From Candidatus Levybacteria bacterium RIFCSPHIGHO2_02_FULL_40_18 (GTDB taxonomy: Bacteria; Patescibacteriota; Microgenomatia; Levybacterales; GWA1-39-11): a stretch of 64,000 bases of DNA. Position numbers and translations under genes: made by a program. This document shows positions 49,574-58,677 of this stretch, one piece after another (the stretch's first letter is position 1; each line of letters starts with the position of its first letter). The notes under the pieces are model-generated. The model ran no database searches, was not told the origin of the DNA, and worked only from the letters and a program-made list of their open reading frames with translations. The stretch is from contig MFOC01000004.1 of NCBI GenBank assembly GCA_001782235.1, positions 115,328-179,327 of the forward strand, read 5' to 3'.

Positions 49574-50374
49574 ATGAAAAAGTTTAAGGGAGAAAAAGGG
49601 CAAATGCTTTTGGTGGTTGTATTGACTATGATCGTTGCGTTGACTGTTGGTCTTTCTGTTGTCTCGCGGACAATAACTAATCTTAGAATTTCAAGGCAAA
49701 GCGAAGAATCTCAGCGCGCGTTCCAAGCGGCGGAGGCAGGAATTGAAAGAACTCTCGAGTCGGGAGCGGGAGTACTAAGTCCCCAATCATTAGGAAACAA
49801 TGCGGAATTTACAACAGACATTAATAATCTATCCGGAAACGCTTTTGGACTTAATGGAGGTGAGATTATTGAGCAAGATATAGGAATAGATCTTTGGTTG
49901 TCAGACTATCCTAATTATTCGAATCAAATCTGTCCATCTTCCTGTACAATCTCTCTTCATTTTAATACTACCGAACAAAGTTGCAGTACAGGCAGCGGAA
50001 ACAACACGCGGGCGGGCCTTGAGGTGGTTGTTTTGTCAGGTAATCTTTCGAGCCCCACTCTTACTAAATACCTTTTTGATTCCTGCACGAGTAGAACTTT
50101 AGGAGCGGGAAATACGGGCAGCGGAACAACAATCGACGGCATAACTTATCAACATGGCGTTAGCATTCCTATTACAAATGGGATAATAGCAAGAGTTATC
50201 CCATTTTATAATTCCGTTAAAATCGGAGTGACGTCAAGCGCTGCCATTCCAGTTCAAGGTAGAATAATAGAATCTACTGGTCAATCAGGAGAAACAGTTC
50301 GTAAGGTTCAATATTTTTCATCACATGCGCAATTGCCGCTTGAAATTTTTCCCTATTCAATCATTTCACAATGA
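49574..50374 (+). CDS. PilX-like minor prepilin
   Basis: KG|QMLLVVVL (no E+5), AFQAAEAGIE. Confidence 0.85.
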   Translation: MKKFKGEKGQMLLVVVLTMIVALTVGLSVVSRTITNLRISRQSEESQRAFQAAEAGIERTLESGAGVLSPQSLGNNAEFTTDINNLSGNAFGLNGGEIIEQDIGIDLWLSDYPNYSNQICPSSCTISLHFNTTEQSCSTGSGNNTRAGLEVVVLSGNLSSPTLTKYLFDSCTSRTLGAGNTGSGTTIDGITYQHGVSIPITNGIIARVIPFYNSVKIGVTSSAAIPVQGRIIESTGQSGETVRKVQYFSSHAQLPLEIFPYSIISQ

Positions 50375-51402
50375 GTGCACAAGCATTTGGGTTAGATATT
50401 GGCACTTCATCTATTAAAGCTGCTCTTGTAAAAAAGGACGGAAATGCATTCCGGCTTGAATCTATAGCCGTCACGCCGTCAACACCAAAAGGCTTACTTT
50501 CAGAATCATTGATAGATTTTCAGGCACTTGCCGATGTTATTCGTAAGATGCTTAATGAGGCAAATCTTAAAATAACGAACGTTGTATTTTGCCTTCCCGA
50601 AAGCCAAGTTTATACAAAAATTATTGAAATGCCTCAACTGTCAGATCAAGAATTGTCTGCCGCATTAAAATTCGAGATGGAACAATATATCCCGCTTCCG
50701 CTTGATCAGGTAAAAACCGATTGGGTGGTTCTTTCTCGATCTGACTCCTCGGGTAAAAAAACAATGGAAGTAATGATTATTGCAGCTCCCTTAAACATTG
50801 TTAGTAAATATGAAAAATTGTCGGAAATGCTTAATCTTGTGCCTTCGGCAATTGAAAGCGAGGTTGTCTCAGTGCATCGCGCACTCTTACCGCTTGTAAA
50901 TAACGCTTCTTCTAATATGATTCTCCATATTGGGGGAACAACTTCAAGTATCTGCATTGTAAAGCAGGGAATTATAAAAACAGTAGTATCTCTGCCTCTT
51001 GGAGGAATAGCTATTACACGCGCGGTATCTTTGGACCTTGGGATTGATCAGGCGAGCGCAGAGAACTATAAAAGAGCTTATGGTTTGAGTCGCGACGCAT
51101 TTGAAGGAAAGATTGGCAAGGCGTTAGCGCCGATACTTGAATCTATAACAGGAGACGTTAAAAAGACGATGCTCTCCTTCCGCGAGAAAAATGCTAACGA
51201 AACAATATCGCAAATTGTACTTTCAGGGGGAAGTGCGCTTCTTCCGGGAATCGATGTCTTTTTCACAAACAGCTTGAGTATTCAAGTGGTTTTGGGGAAC
51301 TGTTTTGCCGCCTACAATATGGGCAATGTGCCACAGGAGCTTTTGGCACAAGCGCCTTCTTTCAATGTTGTAGTGGGTCTTTCTTTAAGAAATCTTTTAT
51401 GA
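50371..51402 (+). CDS. pilM: type IV pilus assembly protein PilM
   Basis: GLDIGTSSIK, QYIPLP, LSGGSA, VGLSLR. Confidence 0.93.
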   Translation: MSAQAFGLDIGTSSIKAALVKKDGNAFRLESIAVTPSTPKGLLSESLIDFQALADVIRKMLNEANLKITNVVFCLPESQVYTKIIEMPQLSDQELSAALKFEMEQYIPLPLDQVKTDWVVLSRSDSSGKKTMEVMIIAAPLNIVSKYEKLSEMLNLVPSAIESEVVSVHRALLPLVNNASSNMILHIGGTTSSICIVKQGIIKTVVSLPLGGIAITRAVSLDLGIDQASAENYKRAYGLSRDAFEGKIGKALAPILESITGDVKKTMLSFREKNANETISQIVLSGGSALLPGIDVFFTNSLSIQVVLGNCFAAYNMGNVPQELLAQAPSFNVVVGLSLRNLL

Positions 51403-51944
51403 AAAACGATATAAACTTAATAACCCAAAGAGAGAAACCGCGACGTACCTACGATAAGGTATTTTTAGCCACGTTTTTTCTGTTCGGATTAGTTTTTTTA
51501 CTTGCGCTACTACTTATCATTTATTCCCTCGCACTTAAAGCACAAGCGGGAAGTCTGTCAAGAAGCGTTGGCGAGGCAAGAAATAGGATTGCCAGTATGG
51601 CGGCAGTAAAACAAAAGGCTCTGATCGTTTCGGAAAGACTTAGTACGGCGAGAAATATAATTTCAAAAAGAAACAATCTTGAAACCAGAACATCCCAAAT
51701 ACTTGCGCTGCTCCCCGACAATTTCAACATAAGCTCAATAGTTGGCGAAAAGGATGTGGTTACTGTTACAGTTGGGTCTTCCGATCTTATAACATTTGAC
51801 AAACTGTTCGAGGTGAATCTTAACGCAATAGCCCGCGATAAAAATTTAGGTTTAAAAAAGATTGAATCGTTAGGATTTACAAGATCCGGAAGTGCTTATG
51901 AATTGGCAATAGGTTTTTATTTTAGCGAGGCTAAAAAGAATTAA
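51399..51944 (+). CDS. PilN-like protein
   Basis: INLI motif plus TM segment and coiled coil, downstream of pilM. Confidence 0.7.
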   Translation: MKNDINLITQREKPRRTYDKVFLATFFLFGLVFLLALLLIIYSLALKAQAGSLSRSVGEARNRIASMAAVKQKALIVSERLSTARNIISKRNNLETRTSQILALLPDNFNISSIVGEKDVVTVTVGSSDLITFDKLFEVNLNAIARDKNLGLKKIESLGFTRSGSAYELAIGFYFSEAKKN

Positions 51945-51947
51945 TTC

Positions 51948-52601
51948 ATGAAGCAAAAACTGTCCCAAATTTATACAAAGTATAAAAACCAAATTTTGCA
52001 GGCGTTTTTTGTTTTCCTTTCCCTTTTTATTGTGTTTCGTGTAATTCTTCCCCAGATTTCTGTGATTTCTGAAGCCGGACATACAATTGAAGCCAAGAGA
52101 GAGGAACTTGAAACGCTCACAAACTCGATAAGAGTTATAGAAAATACCAATGATGATGCAATATCGCAGGATTTGGCTATTTCAACCGATGCCTTGCCCA
52201 CATCTAAAGATATTGTAAAAATTTTCAGTGCGTTAACCTCAGCGGCACGTGCATCAAATACAGAACTTAGGGAGTTTTCCCTTGTAGTTGGACGTGTTTT
52301 TGGAAAAACAGATCTTGATAGCCAATCGTCTGCCATTGGTGTTCCCGAGCTCTCAGTTGTTGCAAGAGTGGTATCTCCTGATGCTTCAGATCTTATTCAG
52401 TTCGCACAAAAATTAAACCAAACGCTTCCCCTGGCAGAAATTAAAAAAATAGACGCAGGTAACAACTTGGGAACCTTTAATATAAATTTCTATTACAAAC
52501 CTCTAGATCTATCTCTCATATCTAAAAATGACAAGGTTTTACCCTTAAGTCAGGCAGATCGCAACCTATTAAATCAATTAGCAGGGTGGAAAAACAATTA
52601 G
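51948..52601 (+). CDS. PilO-like protein
   Basis: TM segment plus coiled coil and ALP motif; operon position. Confidence 0.65.
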   Translation: MKQKLSQIYTKYKNQILQAFFVFLSLFIVFRVILPQISVISEAGHTIEAKREELETLTNSIRVIENTNDDAISQDLAISTDALPTSKDIVKIFSALTSAARASNTELREFSLVVGRVFGKTDLDSQSSAIGVPELSVVARVVSPDASDLIQFAQKLNQTLPLAEIKKIDAGNNLGTFNINFYYKPLDLSLISKNDKVLPLSQADRNLLNQLAGWKNN

Positions 52602-53275
52602 AGGTCAGGTCTCCTCTTGCGAGTTATTTTTTTTGCTTGTTTCTGCCGGTATTTTTCTATCTCGGCAAAATTGCCCGACAACAATACGGGAGGCACCTTT
52701 TTACCCCGCCAAAGCCGGGGCCTTGTGTAGTGAGGATATTCAAGCATGCGCTTCCCACCAATTTTTGCGAATGATTCAAAGACGGTCGCGTCACTTTTCT
52801 TAAGAACCCCGGGTATAAGCCTTGTGACGGAGTCAACAATTACGATAGCGGGAGCTTCTCCGCCTGAAAGCACGTAGTCTCCGATGGAAATCTCGTAATC
52901 TACAAGGTCGCGAACTCTCTCGTCAAACCCCTCATAATGGCCGCAAACTAGTATCAGATGATCAAGATGGCTGAGTTTTTTTGCTAAGACTTGATCATAT
53001 TTTTTACCTTTTGGATCTAGCAAAATTACACTTTCTCTTTTTATTTTCATTCTTGAAGCTTCAATCGCCCTTGCAACAACATCCACGCGAAGAACCATAC
53101 CTGTTCCTCCTCCATAAGGTTTATCATCAACTATTTTATGTTTGCCAATACCGAATTCTCTGAGATCAATTAGATTAATCTTTATTTTGCCCTGCTCTTG
53201 TGCTCTTTTTATAATAGAAACAGAGAAAATCTCTCTAAAAATCTGAGGAAACAAGGTGATAATTGAAACTTGCAT
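52598..53275 (-). CDS. trmD: tRNA (guanine37-N1)-methyltransferase
   Basis: TLFP, VDDKPYGGG, CGHYEGFDER, SIGDYVLSGGE. Confidence 0.97.
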   Translation of the reverse strand: MQVSIITLFPQIFREIFSVSIIKRAQEQGKIKINLIDLREFGIGKHKIVDDKPYGGGTGMVLRVDVVARAIEASRMKIKRESVILLDPKGKKYDQVLAKKLSHLDHLILVCGHYEGFDERVRDLVDYEISIGDYVLSGGEAPAIVIVDSVTRLIPGVLKKSDATVFESFAKIGGKRMLEYPHYTRPRLWRGKKVPPVLLSGNFAEIEKYRQKQAKKITRKRRPDL

Positions 53276-53503
53276 TTAGGCTTCTTCTACCTGTACGTCC
53301 ACGCGGACGCCATCGCGAATGGCAATTATCTTGAGGATATTTTTAATTGCATTTATGGTTTTGCCTGAGCGACCTATTATTAGTCCAACATCCTCCTGAG
53401 GTACATTAAGCTTAAACACAACAAATCCATTAGAATTTTCTTCGGAAATCTCGCATTTTTTTCCGGTTATTCCCTGAATCATGTGTGAGAGAAGTTCGCG
53501 CAT
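53276..53503 (-). CDS. KH-domain RNA-binding protein (KhpA-like)
   Basis: DVGLIIGRSGKTINAI; lies between rpsP and trmD. Confidence 0.9.
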   Translation of the reverse strand: MRELLSHMIQGITGKKCEISEENSNGFVVFKLNVPQEDVGLIIGRSGKTINAIKNILKIIAIRDGVRVDVQVEEA

Positions 53504-53524
53504 AGTTTTTTTACCCCGTTGTTT

Positions 53525-53752
53525 TTACTCAAGCATTTTTTTCACAGAATCTGAAAGTTGCGCACCTTTTGATATCCAATATTTAAGCTTCTCCTGGTCA
53601 ATTGTTTTTTCCACATTTTCAACACGACGCACTAAAGTTCCGAGCGTATCAACCGCCCGGCCGGAAAGCTTAGACCTTTTCTCCTTAACGACGACTCGAA
53701 AGCGAGCCTCGCCCTTTCTCCCAATTCTTGAAAGTCTTATAATAAGCGACAT
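53525..53752 (-). CDS. rpsP: 30S ribosomal protein S16
   Basis: IRLSRIGRK, FRVVV, WISKGAQLSDSV. Confidence 0.94.
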   Translation of the reverse strand: MSLIIRLSRIGRKGEARFRVVVKEKRSKLSGRAVDTLGTLVRRVENVEKTIDQEKLKYWISKGAQLSDSVKKMLE

Positions 53753-53758
53753 AAGTAG

Positions 53759-54418
53759 TTATTTTAACATTTTTTGAAGAGCATTGCGAGCCGCGGATTT
53801 TTCTGCTTCTTGCTTTGATTTTCCGACCCCTTCTGCCAAAAGCTTTTCATCTATATATACGCCTATTGTATATGATTTATCATGATCTGGTCCTTCTTCT
53901 TTGATAACTTTATAAACCGGAGACTCACGATGAGTTTCTTGAATTTTTTCCTGGAGCGAACTTTTAGGATCCTTGAGTCCCTGTGCCTCTATTATTTTCT
54001 CGGTACGCGATATTATATTTTCTTCAATAAATTTTTTTGCCGCATCAATCCCCTGGTCCAGATAAATTCCCCCGATTAAAGCCTCAAGCGTATTCGCTAA
54101 AATTGTTTTATTGCTTCTTCCGCCTCCTGCCTCTTCTCCCCGGGATAATTTCAAAAGCTCTCCTAATCCAAGCTCTTTAGATATTTCATAAAGGGTTTCA
54201 GTATTTGTCAAAACAGATCGAATACTTGTCAACTGTCCTTCTTTTGAGGTTTTGTATTTGTCGAATATATGTGCCGAAACAACAAGCGACAAAATACTAT
54301 CTCCTAAAAACTCAAGGCGCTCGTTTGATTCAAGCATATCTTTGGTTTCGTTAAGATAGGATCTGTGTATAAATACTTGATCAAATAATTTTTTGTTCTT
54401 AAACTCAGGTAGTTTCAT
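53759..54418 (-). CDS. rnc: ribonuclease III
   Basis: HRSY, NERLEFLGD, dsRBD with DPKSSLQE...SKQEAE. Confidence 0.97.
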   Translation of the reverse strand: MKLPEFKNKKLFDQVFIHRSYLNETKDMLESNERLEFLGDSILSLVVSAHIFDKYKTSKEGQLTSIRSVLTNTETLYEISKELGLGELLKLSRGEEAGGGRSNKTILANTLEALIGGIYLDQGIDAAKKFIEENIISRTEKIIEAQGLKDPKSSLQEKIQETHRESPVYKVIKEEGPDHDKSYTIGVYIDEKLLAEGVGKSKQEAEKSAARNALQKMLK

Positions 54419-54773
54419 CGCTCAAATTTTTTACAAGTTTTCCAAGCGCTCCATTAATAAAACTGGCAGAAGTTTCTCCCCCAAATTCCTTTGCCAACTC
54501 TACGGCTTCATCTATTATAACTTTTTTCGGCTGAGTTTTGTCTATTATGAGTTCATATACTCCAAGCCGCAAGATTGCAAGATCGACGCGATTAATCTTT
54601 TCAATTGGAAATTCCGGAGCGATTATTTTGATATTTCCGTCTATTGTTGATAGTTTTCCTAAAATCTTTTTTAGGTAAGGGCTCGCGGGGGGTCGTTTTA
54701 GGAAGCTTTGCGCGAATAACGCCTTTATAATTTCCTGTCGTCTTTTGTGTCGAGGATCTTTCGGGGTCTTCAT
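54405..54773 (-). CDS. nusB: transcription antitermination factor NusB
   Basis: VDLAILRL, IDEAVELAKEFG, FINGAL. Confidence 0.93.
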   Translation of the reverse strand: MKTPKDPRHKRRQEIIKALFAQSFLKRPPASPYLKKILGKLSTIDGNIKIIAPEFPIEKINRVDLAILRLGVYELIIDKTQPKKVIIDEAVELAKEFGGETSASFINGALGKLVKNLSDETT

Positions 54774-54852
54774 AAAAATTAATGGTTAGAATAGTTGAAT
54801 AGTTAAAATAGTTCAAAGCTATTTAACTATTTATCCATTCCAGCTATTTGAT

Positions 54853-55023
54853 TTAGATTACCTTCCTTCCGTCGTAGTATCCACACGCTTTACATAGTTG
54901 ATGTGGTACTACGGGAGAACCGCAGTTTTTACAAATTGAAATTGCACCTAACTTAAGGTGAATGCTTGCTCTCCTCTTCCCCTGTCGGGCTCTTGAATGT
55001 CTCCTCTTTGGTTCGTGCGGCAT
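54853..55023 (-). CDS. rpmF: 50S ribosomal protein L32
   Basis: PKRRHSRAR, CKNCG...PH..CKACGYY. Confidence 0.93.
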   Translation of the reverse strand: MPHEPKRRHSRARQGKRRASIHLKLGAISICKNCGSPVVPHQLCKACGYYDGRKVI

Positions 55024-55119
55024 AATGGTTAGCAACTAGAAACTAGCTACTAGGTTTCTAATTATAATCGAAATAGGCTCAAACCGCAAGAAATTAATAG
55101 TCTTGGGGTAGATCTATCC

Positions 55120-55151
55120 CACCTCGGGGGGTGTACGCCTATTGACACCTG
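55120..55151. repeat. REP-like hairpin related to the RAYT-flanking repeats
   Basis: CACCTCGGGGGGTGT...GACACCTG has the same layout as the copies at 61057 and 61795. Confidence 0.55.
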
Positions 55152-55157
55152 AGGGTT

Positions 55158-57233
55158 TTAGTCTTTGGAGATCTTAGGGAGACTTATTTCTTCGACTTTT
55201 TGTTTGAGGGTTGGGTATTTGGAGAGTTTGTCAAACAATTGTTCGGCCGAGGTTCGAGCTCGTTCGATTGTGGAAAGGTCGGACAAAGATGCGATTTTAA
55301 GATCCGGAATTCCGTGCTGGGCAGTGCCAAACATGTCACCCGGGCCGCGAAGTTTCAAATCAATTTCTGCAAGCTCAGGGCCATTATCAATAGTTTGCAA
55401 ATATGAAAGTCGCTTGCGAGTTTTATCGCTTGTCGCATCGGTAAACCCAGCACCATGATGGTGCTGGGTAAACAGAAAACAATACGACTCCTTCTCTCCC
55501 CTTCCTACTCTACCTCTCAATTGATGAAGCTGTGCAAGGCCGAATCTTTCTGCTGCCTCAACTATCATAATATCTGCAGTCGGAATGTCGATTCCAACCT
55601 CAATCACAGGAGTTGCAACCAAGATATTAATCGAACCATCCCTGAATTTTTTGATGACCGAACTTTTTTCGGCCGATTTTAATTTTCCGTGAAGAAGTCC
55701 AAGTCTAAAATTTGGGAAGACTTCTTTTTTCAAACGTTCAAATTCTTCTTTTGCAGCTTTTACCGTGGTTAAAGTTTCCGACGGTTCAATAAATGGACAT
55801 ACAATAAATACTTGGCTTTTTTCTTTTCTAATTTTGTCAGAAATCCACCCATAACCCTTTTCTCTTTTTTCTTCAGGGACCACCCATGTTTTAATCTTTT
55901 GTCGTCCTTTTGGCATTTCGTCCAAAACCGATAAGGAAAGATCCGAATAAATTGTTAAAAAGATTGTTCGAGGAATTGGCGTTGCGGTCATCGACAATAG
56001 ATGTGGGTTAGTTCCCTTTTCGCGCAAGATAGCTCGCTGCTCCACTCCGAATCTCTGTTGTTCGTCAATTACTACCAGTCCCAGATTGTCGAATTTTGCT
56101 CGATTATGAATTAGAGCATGAGTGCCAATTGCTATATCGAAGTTTGGCTGTTGGCTTTTGGCTTTTGGCTTTTGGCTTGAAGTGAAAAGATCCACCTTAA
56201 CTCCAAAAGGTTCGAGAATACTTTGAATAGTATCGAAGTGCTGGTTGGCAAGGATTTCTGTCGGCGCCATAAACGCAGTTTGATAGCCGTTTAAAAAAGC
56301 AACATATGCCGCAATTGCCGCAACCACAGTTTTCCCCGATCCAACGTCTCCCTCAAGAAGTCTGTTCATGGGAATACTTTTCGAAAGATCCTCGAAAATT
56401 TCGTTTGCTGCTCTTTTTTGTGAGGATGTTAATTCGAATGGAAGGCTCTTAATGAGTTCTGCAACTTTTGCGCCGTGCTTTTCAATTTCAAAAGGAATTG
56501 CCTTTCCTCTTTTCTCCCACTCTTTTTTTCTGATAAGCGCTGCCGTGTGTTTTATCAACAATTCATCAAATGAAAGCCTGGCTCTTGCATATTCCGCTTC
56601 TTCAAAGGTCTTTGGGAAGTGGATGGTTCGAATAGCGGTTGGGAGATCTATTAAATTATTTTCTGACCGAATGTTTTCTGGGAGATATTCGGATATGCGG
56701 ATATTTTCAAGCAAACTTTTAATTCGGTTCCTGATCCATTTTGAGAAAAGCCCGCGGGTTTCAGAATAAACCGGAACAAGACCGGTTGTATGAATTGCCT
56801 CCGCATCTTTATTCGAAAGAACTTCGTAAGAGCGAACACTTAATGTTTTTTTACTGCCGAATTTCTCTACCCTTCCTGCAAAAGAGACAAATTCACCTTT
56901 TCGAATATTCGATAAAATGAATTTTTGATTAAAAAAGATCGCATCTATTTTCCCGGTGTCATCTTGGACAGTGATTTTTTGAATTGTAAGGGCTCGCCCT
57001 GAGGAGCGAAGTGACGAATGGGTAAAAATATTTGTGGCTGAAACAACCTTGCCTTGAACGGTCACCTGCTCCCCGAATTGAAGGATTCCAATTTTCGAGA
57101 CATGATAATTCTCATAGCGAAAAGGAATATAGAGCAAAAAATCCTCAACCGTCTCTAGGCCGACTTTTAATAATACCGCCCTCTTCATTCTGAAAGTCGG
57201 CCCAAGTAAAGCAAGCGGAGTCTTCAAATCCAT
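55158..57233 (-). CDS. recG: ATP-dependent DNA helicase RecG
   Basis: GDVGSGKT, DEQQRFG, MTATPIPRT, QLHQLRGRVGRG, DLKLRGPG. Confidence 0.97.
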   Translation of the reverse strand: MDLKTPLALLGPTFRMKRAVLLKVGLETVEDFLLYIPFRYENYHVSKIGILQFGEQVTVQGKVVSATNIFTHSSLRSSGRALTIQKITVQDDTGKIDAIFFNQKFILSNIRKGEFVSFAGRVEKFGSKKTLSVRSYEVLSNKDAEAIHTTGLVPVYSETRGLFSKWIRNRIKSLLENIRISEYLPENIRSENNLIDLPTAIRTIHFPKTFEEAEYARARLSFDELLIKHTAALIRKKEWEKRGKAIPFEIEKHGAKVAELIKSLPFELTSSQKRAANEIFEDLSKSIPMNRLLEGDVGSGKTVVAAIAAYVAFLNGYQTAFMAPTEILANQHFDTIQSILEPFGVKVDLFTSSQKPKAKSQQPNFDIAIGTHALIHNRAKFDNLGLVVIDEQQRFGVEQRAILREKGTNPHLLSMTATPIPRTIFLTIYSDLSLSVLDEMPKGRQKIKTWVVPEEKREKGYGWISDKIRKEKSQVFIVCPFIEPSETLTTVKAAKEEFERLKKEVFPNFRLGLLHGKLKSAEKSSVIKKFRDGSINILVATPVIEVGIDIPTADIMIVEAAERFGLAQLHQLRGRVGRGEKESYCFLFTQHHHGAGFTDATSDKTRKRLSYLQTIDNGPELAEIDLKLRGPGDMFGTAQHGIPDLKIASLSDLSTIERARTSAEQLFDKLSKYPTLKQKVEEISLPKISKD
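55446..55468. mobile_element. 23-bp MITE with TTTA duplication, in-frame in recG
   Basis: Coding strand TTTA|CCCAGCACCAT-C-ATGGTGCTGGG|TTTA; adds 27 bp encoding QHHHGAGFT. Confidence 0.85.
56144..56178. repeat. (TTGGCTT)x5 heptamer array within recG
   Basis: Five tandem units, the first variant; encodes part of SQKPKAKSQQP. Confidence 0.85.
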
Positions 57234-57314
57234 GAGTAAGATTATAAGACTAAAGGACTAAAGTGAAAAGTTGATCCTAATCACTTTAATCTTTTAGTCC
57301 TAATCATTGGAAGA

Positions 57315-57419
57315 TTATAACGCAAAGAGAAACGGAATGAGAAGACTTACTAATATTGCAAGTGTCGCAATAATCATTATCACTTTATAAATCCACTTGT
57401 GCTTCCTCAACGTCTCCAT
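57315..57419 (-). CDS. small membrane protein (34 aa)
   Basis: METLRKHKWIYKVIMIIATLAILVSLLIPFLFAL; starts 2 nt after the tyrS stop. Confidence 0.6.
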   Translation of the reverse strand: METLRKHKWIYKVIMIIATLAILVSLLIPFLFAL

Positions 57420-57421
57420 AA

Positions 57422-58612
57422 TTATGATATTTTTATTCGGATGAAATTGCGTTTGCCGCATTTTATGAGCATATTGTCTTCAGGAATTATTTCCTCGGTT
57501 GGGGAATCGACGACATCAGAATCTACCTCAACCGCGCCTTGTTCAACTAACCTTTTTGCCTCCGATTTACTTCCCACAAGCCCAGCGCGAACAAGTAGGT
57601 CTGTAATTACCAAATGCTCATCAGCTTTCATTTCAAATGTCGGAATATCCTCCGGCAATTCCTTCTTTTGAACAGTTTTCTCGAAATACTCTTGAGCATG
57701 TTTAGCGGACTCTTCACCATTCAACTCCTTTACGATTTCAAAAGCCAGTCTTTTTTTAAGCCCTATTGGGTTTGCTCCGCTCTCAAGTTCCCTTGCAATT
57801 TCATCAATCTTACTGGTTGGAACATCAGTCAAAAGTGTAAATCCAGAGATAGTTATTTCGTCCGGCCAACTCATTATTTGCCCAAACATGTCTACGGGAT
57901 TTTCTTCAAGTGCAATAATGTTACCTTCAGTTTTCCCCATTTTCTTCCCAGTTGGATCCGTTAGTAATTTAGTCGTTAAGACAAATTTCTCTTTGTTTTT
58001 AAGTTTTCTCATTAGCGTTCTTCCCGCCAACATATTGAAAGTCTGATCATTACCGCCGATTTCCATATCTACATTCATAGTTACTGAGTCATAAGCCTGG
58101 AAAATAGGATATAAAAATTCGTGGACATAAATTTCCTTATTTTCTTTAATCCTTTGCTGAAACATATCTCTTTCAAGAAGCTGGGAAACAGTAAAATATG
58201 AGGCGAGTTCAAGCATGTCTTCAGGTTTTAACTTATTGCTCCATTCTTCATTATGCAGAAAACGAATGTTGGCTCTTTTCAAATCTAGTACTTTGCCTAT
58301 TAGTTCTTTGTAATTGGCAGCGTTTTCTTCTATCTGCATTTTTGATAATTTTTTCCGAGTAGCTAGCTTGTCTGTGGGATCCCCAATCCTAGCAGTAAAA
58401 TCACCAATTAAAATAATAATTTCGTGGCCCAAATCTTGAAACTGACGCAGTTTTCGTAAAACTGATAAGTGTCCAAGGTGCAACTTTCCCGTAGGATCGA
58501 TTCCATTATAAATTCTAAGTTTTTTATCTGAACGTAAAACTTTTTCAAGGACATCTCGGGAGGGATAAATTGTCTCGACGCCTCTAGTCAATAGTTCAGT
58601 TATCTTGTCCAT
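57422..58612 (-). CDS. tyrS: tyrosine--tRNA ligase
   Basis: GIDPT, HLGH, YPIFQAYD, GGNDQ, KMGKT, C-terminal S4 domain. Confidence 0.97.
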   Translation of the reverse strand: MDKITELLTRGVETIYPSRDVLEKVLRSDKKLRIYNGIDPTGKLHLGHLSVLRKLRQFQDLGHEIIILIGDFTARIGDPTDKLATRKKLSKMQIEENAANYKELIGKVLDLKRANIRFLHNEEWSNKLKPEDMLELASYFTVSQLLERDMFQQRIKENKEIYVHEFLYPIFQAYDSVTMNVDMEIGGNDQTFNMLAGRTLMRKLKNKEKFVLTTKLLTDPTGKKMGKTEGNIIALEENPVDMFGQIMSWPDEITISGFTLLTDVPTSKIDEIARELESGANPIGLKKRLAFEIVKELNGEESAKHAQEYFEKTVQKKELPEDIPTFEMKADEHLVITDLLVRAGLVGSKSEAKRLVEQGAVEVDSDVVDSPTEEIIPEDNMLIKCGKRNFIRIKIS

Positions 58613-58677
58613 GGTTTTATTATACTTTATATGGGTGGATTCGACAATATAGCCTCATATTGTTATAATATTCGGAC

